Shown one piece after another: positions 57,701-64,000 of a stretch of DNA of 64,000 bases. Source of the DNA: Fibrobacterota bacterium. GTDB lineage: Bacteria; Fibrobacterota; Fibrobacteria; UBA11236. A program made the position numbers and the translations under genes. The notes beneath the pieces were generated by a model. The model was given only the letters and a program-made list of their open reading frames with translations, had not been told where the DNA came from and did no database searches. The DNA is taken from assembly GCA_947466585.1 (NCBI GenBank), contig CANIEU010000011.1, positions 2,285 through 66,284 on the forward strand, in the 5' to 3' direction. The first letter of the stretch is position 1, and each line of letters begins with the position of its first letter.

Positions 57701-60681
57701 TTCAAAACCTGCCGACCTCGCTGATCTACACGCCCGACTCCTCGGCCTCGTTCGAGCAGAACTCGCCGATCACGAAGCTGACCCCGTACCTCGGTGACAC
57801 CGCGACCGCCCCGGCGGTTTGGTCGATCACCTCGGGCACGCTGCCTGCCGGCCTCACGTTCGATACCGCCAGCGGTTCGATCAGCGGAACGCCGACGACC
57901 GTCACTTCGGGTGCCGTGACCATTCAGGCGACAAACCTTTCCGGTTCGATCGCCCGCTCGCTCACTCTGTCGACCTACGCCGCCGAATCCTACACCGGCA
58001 GCTCCGCGGTCTTTACGCTGAACACCAGCGCCAATGGCGCCGGCGTGACCTCCGCACAAGCGAACTTCCCGGTTCTCATCCGCCTGAGCAACGCGCATCG
58101 TGCGATCTTCCAGGCTTCCGACAGCTCGGCCATCCGCTTCACGAATGCGGCCGGCACACACCTGCCGTACCAGATCGAAAACTGGAAGGTTTCAGCCACC
58201 GATACCTCCGCCGCCATTTGGGTGAAGGCCGACACGGTCGCTGCCAACGGAACCACCACGGTGCGCATGTACTACGGCCAGACCCTCGGCGGCGGTCGTT
58301 CGAACGGCCCCGCGGTGTTCCCGCGCAGCTCCGGCTACCATGCCGTGTTCCACATGAACGCTGGATCCGGCAACGAATCCGATGCTTCGAACAGCGGTTA
58401 CACCGCCGTCGCCGGCAATGCACCGCTCGACTCGACGGGTGCGGTCGGCCGTTCGCGTAACTTCAACGGCACGACCCAGTACTTCGCCGTGGCCAACTCG
58501 GCCTCCGGTGCCTTGAACTACCGCATGACCGACAACTACACGTTCTCGTCGTGGGTGTTCGCCAACGACGTGCCGGCCACCGCCAGCTCGGGCGTGCAGA
58601 TCCTGAACAAGGGCGACAACCAGTACACCATGGCCGCCTATGACGCCGCCGCTTCTCCCAAGTACTGGGAAATCACCACGCGCGGCAACAACGGTTACCA
58701 ACAAGCGCGCTCAAACGGTACGCCCGCCATCACGGCGAATAGCCACATCGGTAGCTGGCACTTCATCTCGGGCTCCTATGCGGGCGCCCCGGTTGGACAG
58801 GCCATCGCCGAAACGCTGTACATCGACGGTGTGCGCGTGAATACGCTCGCAACGACGAACACCAGCACGGCGGGACGCACGCTCACGTTTGATGTGCACA
58901 TCGGCGGCCTTGCCGCGGGTACCGCTCCCGGAACGACGTTCTCGCGCTACTTCGTCGGTCAAATCGACGAATTGCGGATGGCGAACGTGGTGCGTTCCCC
59001 CGACTTCATCAAGCTCAACTACAAGAACCAGAAGCCCGGTGCGAATCCGGTGGCGAACCTTTCTTACGCCTCCAGTGCGCCGACCTATGCCGAGAACACG
59101 CCGATCACGGCGAACGTTCCCGCGCTGATGGGCTCTGCGACCCGCTTCGCCGCCTCATCGCTGCCTGCCGGTTTGAGCCTTGACCCGGTCACGGGCGCGA
59201 TCTCGGGTACGCCCACCGCCGCTTCCGCGGCGACGGCTTACACCATCACCGCATATGGCGACAGCTCCTGGTCCACGACGTCGACGGTGAACATCACCGT
59301 TGCGCCTTCGGCGCCGACCGGATTGACCTACGTCCGTGATTCGCTCACCTTGCTGGTCGGTCAGCCCATCGTGCCCGATACCGCGATGGTCACGGGCACC
59401 ACCTCGATCGACAGCTTCACGGTTGCGCCCGCCCTGCCCACCGGCCTTGTGCTGAACAAGACCACCGGTATCATCTCGGGTACCCCGACCGTGCCGACCG
59501 CTTCGGCGAGCTACGTGGTCACGGCCCGCAACACTGCAGGTACGGCGAAGGACACGGTCGTCATCCTGGTGAACGATTTGGTGCCGAGCTTCACCGTCGC
59601 CACGCCGCAGACGTACATGGTGGGTTCGCCCATCACGACGTTGAATCCGGTCTCGACGGGCGGCTTCGTGCTCGCCTACTCGATCACTCCGAGCCTCAAC
59701 ACGAACACCGGTCTGACCTTCAATACGACGACGGGTGCGATTTCGGGTACGCCCACCACGGTTTCGGCCGCGACGGCGTATTCCATCATCGGCACGAACG
59801 GTGCGGGTGGGGATACCGCCACCGTGTCCGTCACGGTGAATCCGGCCATTCCGGTGATCGGTTACACCTCGCCCAAGACCTTCATCAAGGGTGTTGTGGA
59901 CAGCGTGATCGTTTCTTCGACCGGCGGAATTGTGGCCAGCTACGCGATCTCTCCGGCACTCCCGGCGGGTCTGGCGCTGAATACCACGACCGGCAAGATT
60001 TCGGGTAATGCCACTGCAGCTTCGGCCGCGGCGAACTACTCGGTGATCGCGACCAACATCAGCGGCTTGGATACGGCAGTGATCAACATCACCGTGCAGG
60101 ATCTCACCCCGGTGATCAACTACGCCGTGCTTGTGGATTCGTTCCTTGTGAACACGGTCGCCGCCAAGAACGCGCTCTCCACCGGTGGAACGGTGACGGC
60201 TTGGAGCATCTCTCCCGCTCTGCCTGCGGGATTGGTGTTCAGCACGGGCACGGGCGGTATCTCGGGTACCCCGACGACGGCTTCCGCCGCTGCGAATTAC
60301 ACGGTGATCGGTACGAACGCCTACGGTGCGGATACCGTGGTGCTCAACCTCAAGGTGAAGGGACCGGTCTCACTTGTGGCGAGCGCCTACCGCTTCCTCG
60401 TGAGCGGTTCCGAGAAGCCCTATACGTTCCTGATTCCCGCGGGCGTGGCGGGCAACGAAAAGGTGACCATGCGCATCACGGATCTTTATGGTCGCGAAGT
60501 CTGGTCGCGTTCGGTTCGCCCCGATGCCACCAGCAACACCGGCCTTGAAGTGACGTGGAACGGCAAGATCGCAACGGGTCGCTTGGCTTCGGCGGGAATG
60601 TACGTGGCTCGGGTCTCCGTGTTGAACGGAGGCAAGACCACCGATTACATCCAGAAGTCGGTGACTCTCAAAGCGCACTAA
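54739..60681 (+). CDS. 1980-aa secreted surface protein: putative-Ig (He_PIG) repeats, 2x DUF2341+LamG modules, FlgD/T9SS-like CTD
   Basis: Signal peptide ANA, many LP.GL....TG.ISGTPT repeats, two (D/A).RFT..G..L.YQIE.W...A.IWV modules each followed by LamG (LY.(N/D)G, G.(M/I)DE), CTD ITDLYGR..WNG....GMY. Confidence 0.88.
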   Translation: MKKLALFITLMLAFAISANAAVTSVTWNSVNGGTNATRAFTVNAGAPITNITATTTGAALTANPGGCGITPTLPAGLTWTQTSTTVCTIAGTPTAPSPTKSYFINFRSTGSPTDSLSFITLTVGPITNLSYPRHSARLVKNMAISSITPTITGTPTAYTIAGTGVTDAATFNTATGLTFNTSTGSISGTPNTNLALTKFIINANDGTFNLAGGTVGLVDSISLQIVDGVDYSSWAYFKNIVVTPTGLGGDVVNYPLLVKLTSSNFNFTQSLSTIGTLTGSAIAGGGGADLRFTAADGQTPLAYQIERWDSAGQVAEIWVNVPTVANGSNTTVKMFWGKTGQTTTSSGSSTFQTADNVQAVWHMNANGAGDEIDATSNGFLATAAGTAPTNNATSLIGLGRTFGGAGFFKLSTPSTVSSILNFPQGGQYTISSWVNANTTPTTARVIVHKSDQAYSLNISSNNPNGLTSGQQFEGTEFTVVPNATGAANLSSFWAHTFSPVTYSVWSNAVLVQNYGARKLYVNGALAAYSASQPSSFLNDRQGASARTTNYDVTIGAQSGTATGNAPGGGTYTRFFTGGMDEISMHNIARDSDWVKLNFQTQCSAGLPASCPFSPVAYGAITAAGAPVGLTYGNNPVTYKQGLVIASNAPSTTSGVPTSYSIAPSLSTNTGLTFNTATGVISGTPTLLSGAVNYLITATNGSGSDTETVTITVVLPTKPTHSYTGSPYALTSTRSAGTITPSNSGDIATACSATPALPTGLSLSSACAITGTPTVSAASAAYSIRSSNPGGADTAAITIAVSDTLPTITTQPTAKNAVLGASTVSFIVGATRGGAATVNYKWVRTKSGAAGGAVDTLRTALARSALADTLTLPADSVNTANDSSAYKVLVSNSAGSVASNSVLLRIIPTVSYSPATLVIGKTATTITPTTTASITGCTSSPTLPAGLTIAATTCVISGTPTVGWVPTNYSITPVGPGGTGTAFVLNLMVQNLPTSLIYTPDSSASFEQNSPITKLTPYLGDTATAPAVWSITSGTLPAGLTFDTASGSISGTPTTVTSGAVTIQATNLSGSIARSLTLSTYAAESYTGSSAVFTLNTSANGAGVTSAQANFPVLIRLSNAHRAIFQASDSSAIRFTNAAGTHLPYQIENWKVSATDTSAAIWVKADTVAANGTTTVRMYYGQTLGGGRSNGPAVFPRSSGYHAVFHMNAGSGNESDASNSGYTAVAGNAPLDSTGAVGRSRNFNGTTQYFAVANSASGALNYRMTDNYTFSSWVFANDVPATASSGVQILNKGDNQYTMAAYDAAASPKYWEITTRGNNGYQQARSNGTPAITANSHIGSWHFISGSYAGAPVGQAIAETLYIDGVRVNTLATTNTSTAGRTLTFDVHIGGLAAGTAPGTTFSRYFVGQIDELRMANVVRSPDFIKLNYKNQKPGANPVANLSYASSAPTYAENTPITANVPALMGSATRFAASSLPAGLSLDPVTGAISGTPTAASAATAYTITAYGDSSWSTTSTVNITVAPSAPTGLTYVRDSLTLLVGQPIVPDTAMVTGTTSIDSFTVAPALPTGLVLNKTTGIISGTPTVPTASASYVVTARNTAGTAKDTVVILVNDLVPSFTVATPQTYMVGSPITTLNPVSTGGFVLAYSITPSLNTNTGLTFNTTTGAISGTPTTVSAATAYSIIGTNGAGGDTATVSVTVNPAIPVIGYTSPKTFIKGVVDSVIVSSTGGIVASYAISPALPAGLALNTTTGKISGNATAASAAANYSVIATNISGLDTAVINITVQDLTPVINYAVLVDSFLVNTVAAKNALSTGGTVTAWSISPALPAGLVFSTGTGGISGTPTTASAAANYTVIGTNAYGADTVVLNLKVKGPVSLVASAYRFLVSGSEKPYTFLIPAGVAGNEKVTMRITDLYGREVWSRSVRPDATSNTGLEVTWNGKIATGRLASAGMYVARVSVLNGGKTTDYIQKSVTLKAH

Positions 60682-60723
60682 GCCGCGCTGAGTATTGAGC
60701 GCCGATGCGAATCGGACTCTCAC

Positions 60724-60755
60724 AAAAAAACCTTCCCGCAACGGAGGGTTTTTTT
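60724..60755 (+). terminator. Intrinsic terminator
   Basis: A7-CCTTCC-CGCAAC-GGAGGG-T7 after the giant gene. Confidence 0.8.
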
Positions 60756-60857
60756 GTTTTTGTCCCGTTGCGCATTGCCTGTTCCCTGTGGTCAATCGAA
60801 CCCAGCGGCTAAATTCCGGTTCTCGTTTCCCCAGCACCCGGTTACAAAGGATTCCCG

Positions 60858-61592
60858 ATGACCACACGCACCGATGGCCGCGCCGCCGACCAACTTCGAA
60901 CCATCAAAATCACGGAAGACTTCGTTCAATCGGCGGAATCATCGTTCCTGATCGAGGTGGGGCGCACGCGCATTCTTTGCTGCGCCAGCCTTGAGGAGGA
61001 GATTCCCCGGTGGTTGAAGGGCAAGGGGCAGGGGTGGGTCACCGCCGAATACAGTCTGTTGCCGCGCAGCACGGGTTCGCGCGTGAAGCGCGAGCGCAAC
61101 GGCGCTTCGGGCCGCACCCAGGAGATTCAGCGCATCATCGGTCGCGCCTTGCGGGGCGTCTGTGATTTGACCGCCTTGGGCGAACGCAGCATCGTGATCG
61201 ATTGCGATGTCATCGAAGCCGATGGCGGAACGCGCACGGCGTCGATCGTGGGCGGGTACTTGGCATTGGCGCGGGCACTGCAAAAGATGAAGGGGGCACT
61301 GCCGCACACCTTTCCGCCCGGCCAGGTGTTGAAGAGTTTCGTGTCGGCCGTGAGCGTGGGCATGCACGAAGGCAACCCGCTGCTCGACTTGTGCTACGTC
61401 GAGGACAGCGCGGCCGAGGTGGACATGAACGTGGTGATGACCGACAGCGGTGACTTCGTCGAGATCCAGGGCACCGGCGAAGAGGCGGTGTTCACTCGCA
61501 CGCAGCTGGACTCCATGCTCGGCCTTGCCGAAAAGGGTTGCCGCGAACTCATCGCGATCCAAAAAAGCTTCTTGGGCAACCAACTGCCCTGA
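60858..61592 (+). CDS. rph: Ribonuclease PH
   Basis: R.DGR..DQLR, GWVTAEYS.LP, SGRTQEIQR.IGR, ADGGTRTA, EDS.A.VDMN, EIQGT.E. Confidence 0.97.
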   Translation: MTTRTDGRAADQLRTIKITEDFVQSAESSFLIEVGRTRILCCASLEEEIPRWLKGKGQGWVTAEYSLLPRSTGSRVKRERNGASGRTQEIQRIIGRALRGVCDLTALGERSIVIDCDVIEADGGTRTASIVGGYLALARALQKMKGALPHTFPPGQVLKSFVSAVSVGMHEGNPLLDLCYVEDSAAEVDMNVVMTDSGDFVEIQGTGEEAVFTRTQLDSMLGLAEKGCRELIAIQKSFLGNQLP

Positions 61593-62134
61593 GGGTAGCG
61601 GAACCAGGAGGGAGGGGTCGAGTTGGTGCCTTCGACTCTCCGTCCGGTGTCCTCCGGGGGAGAGGCTTCGCCCCCTGGTCTGTCCCCGGTTTTGGAATGG
61701 TGTGATTAGTCGATTTTCTGAGCATTTTGTGCTATCGGAAATCGAGCTATTTTCGAAGCCAACCGAGGGAAAGAGGGGCCTTCGGCGGGGCTCGACCTTG
61801 ACATTTTGCCGTACCCGATATTCCCAAAGTGTGCAAATTAGGGCGATTTCGGCATCGGCTACGCCTCTCTGGCATAAAACGGGTAGGGCAAGACCTCATT
61901 CCATTCTGATCAGGTGAGTTACGAGGACGGTGGCATTCGCCCGAACCGTAAGATTTTGCAAAAAAACCGCAACATTACGTTTCCCTTACACCCTAGATTG
62001 ACGAGACCTTTTTTCCAAGGGCGATTCGCCCGGGCTGCGCCGCGACTGTTTTTTTGAATGGAACCGTGTGCATGTGCCGTCGAATGTCGTCTTGTGGATG
62101 GTTTAATGTCGTCTTTCCGATTGAGGAACGCATC

Positions 62135-64000
62135 ATGAAAAAGCTCGCACTTCTTCTCGCCACCGTCGTCGCTTTCGCCGTCACTGCGCAAGCCGCAGTC
62201 ACGTCGGTCACCTGGAACTCGGTGAACGGCGGCACGAACGCCACGCGCACCTATTCCGTGAATGCAGGTTCGGCTATTACGAACATCACCGCGACCACGG
62301 CGGGCGCGGCCTTGACGGCGAGCCCGGGTGGTTGCGGCATCACGCCGACTCTACCGGCGGGTTTGACGTGGACGGAGACGAGCACCACGGTGTGTACGAT
62401 CGCCGGCACGCCGACGAACCCTTCTCCGACGAAGACGTACTTCATCAACTTTCGCTCAACGGGTGCGCCGACTGATTCTCTATCGTTCATCACGCTGACG
62501 GTCGGACCTATTACCAACCTGAACTATCAGAAGTACGCGCGCTTTACCCGGAACTCGGCGATCACGACGATCACGCCCTCCATCACCGGCACACCGACCG
62601 CTTACACGATCTCCGGCACCGGCATTGCAGATGCAGCCGCTTTCAACGCAGCCACAGGCCTGACCTTTAATACCACCACCGGCACGATTTCGGGAACACC
62701 CAACGCCAACCTCGCGCTCACCAAGTTCACCATCAACGCAACCGACGGCACCTTCAATACCGGCGGCGGTACTGCGGGTCTTGTGGACAGTATCAAGATC
62801 GCGATTGTGGATCCGGTGGACTATTCCTCCTGGGTGAGCTACAAGGACATTACCCTGACTCCCACCAGCCTTGTGGGTAACGTGACGAACTATCCCTTGC
62901 TCGTCAAGCTGACCTCGAGCAACTTCGACTTTACGCAATCGCTCTCGACGATCGGTACCTTGACCGGCTCCGCCATCTCGGGCGGCGGCGGCGCAGATCT
63001 TCGCTTCACCTTGACCGATGGCGTCACCGATCTCCCGTTCCAAATCGAACGTTGGGATAGCGCCGGTCAAAAGGCAGAAATCTGGGTGAACGTTCCTATC
63101 GTGACAAGCGGGGGAAGCACCACGGTTCGAATGTTCTTTGGCAAGACGGGTCAAACCACCACCTCGAGCGGCCCAAACACCTTCCTCCGGGAAGATAATG
63201 TGCAGGGCACCTGGCACTTTAACGCCAATGGTACGGGCAACGAAGCCGATGCCACCGCCAACGGATTCACCGCAACCGCGGGCGGAACGGTCCCCACAAA
63301 CAACACATCCTCCCTCCTCGGCTTGGGTCGCACTTTCGGCGGCGCCGGTTATTTCAAGCTCAGTTCCCCCAGCACCGCCAGTAGCGTATTGAGCTTTTCG
63401 CAGGGCGGCGCGTATACGATTTCATCTTGGGTGAACCCGAATACGACCCCGACCACCGCTCGCGTGATTGTGGGCAAGTCGAATCAGCAGTACGCCATCG
63501 GCCTCAGTGGTAACAATCCCAACGGCCTCACGGGCCAACATTATGAAGGTGTGGATTTCACGGTGGTGCCCAATGCCACCGCCGCGGCGACCTTGAGCAG
63601 CTTTTGGCCGCACGCGTTCTCACCCGTCACCTACTCGGTGTGGGCCAACGTGGTGCTGGTGCAAAACAACGGGCTCCGTTCGGTTTATGTGAACGGTTCC
63701 TTGGCCAACTTCAATTCGTCCCAACCGCGCGGTTACCTCTTCGACCGTCAAGGATCGAGCGCTCGCCAAGTAGACCGTGACGTGCTCTTTGGTGGCGAAC
63801 CGGGCACAGCCCCCAGTGGCGGCACAATCACCAAGTTCTTCTCGGGTACCATGGACGAAATCTCCATGCATACCGCCGCACGCGATACGAACTGGATCAA
63901 GTTGAACTTCCAGACACAGTGCTCCGCCGGTTTGCCCGCAAGCTGTCCTTCATCGCCCGTGGCTTACGGTTCGACCCAGTTCAACGGCCCCCCGGTTGGT
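62135..64000 (+). CDS. Close paralogue of the 54739-60681 surface protein (3'-partial)
   Basis: Absent from the ORF track because it has no stop in the window. SD GAGGA; MKKLALLLATVVAFAVTAQA-AVTSVTWNSVNGGTNATR is colinear with the first copy through its first LamG domain. Confidence 0.9.
   Translation, partial: MKKLALLLATVVAFAVTAQAAVTSVTWNSVNGGTNATRTYSVNAGSAITNITATTAGAALTASPGGCGITPTLPAGLTWTETSTTVCTIAGTPTNPSPTKTYFINFRSTGAPTDSLSFITLTVGPITNLNYQKYARFTRNSAITTITPSITGTPTAYTISGTGIADAAAFNAATGLTFNTTTGTISGTPNANLALTKFTINATDGTFNTGGGTAGLVDSIKIAIVDPVDYSSWVSYKDITLTPTSLVGNVTNYPLLVKLTSSNFDFTQSLSTIGTLTGSAISGGGGADLRFTLTDGVTDLPFQIERWDSAGQKAEIWVNVPIVTSGGSTTVRMFFGKTGQTTTSSGPNTFLREDNVQGTWHFNANGTGNEADATANGFTATAGGTVPTNNTSSLLGLGRTFGGAGYFKLSSPSTASSVLSFSQGGAYTISSWVNPNTTPTTARVIVGKSNQQYAIGLSGNNPNGLTGQHYEGVDFTVVPNATAAATLSSFWPHAFSPVTYSVWANVVLVQNNGLRSVYVNGSLANFNSSQPRGYLFDRQGSSARQVDRDVLFGGEPGTAPSGGTITKFFSGTMDEISMHTAARDTNWIKLNFQTQCSAGLPASCPSSPVAYGSTQFNGPPVG

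Noticed and set aside
61593-62134. Long intergenic region or 155-aa ORF (61450-61917) as a gene or riboswitch
   Set aside because: The ORF overlaps rph and has no motif, and no recognisable RNA family is present. It is treated as the regulatory region of the downstream gene.

Overview
This is 64 kb of GC-rich, densely coding bacterial chromosome. It is probably FCB superphylum, most likely a free-living Fibrobacterota; this is inferred from secreted proteins with T9SS/FlgD-like C-terminal domains and DUF2341-LamG-putative-Ig architectures. Housekeeping genes are scattered and mostly outside their usual operons (purB, purN, rnhB, gndA, cysS, clpP, ftsY, trxA, trpF, aguAB, slyD, truA, gatA, pheA, rph). 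The window also holds surface-glycan genes, a cobalamin riboswitch with a TonB receptor and BtuG-like lipoprotein, tRNA-Arg(CCG) with a 2.3-kb direct-repeat-flanked islet, and several very large secreted proteins, including two close paralogues on either side of rph. No CRISPR array, transposase, integrase or rRNA was seen. The most interesting signals are: (1) a TAnnnT (often TAyCTT) hexamer 6-10 nt before the start codon of at least 15 SD-less genes, suggesting widespread leaderless expression; (2) intergenic elements made of inverted 7/8-mer tandem arrays, some ending exactly in that hexamer; (3) an unannotated 35-aa Lys-rich microprotein resembling the histone H3 K9 region, two genes downstream of a SET-domain gene; (4) an M6-protease homologue lacking HExxH; (5) enrichment of the Bacteroidota O-glycosylation sequon D(S/T)x in secreted proteins. 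All calls come from manual motif recognition without database searches, and many starts were moved from the ORF track to a more plausible codon.
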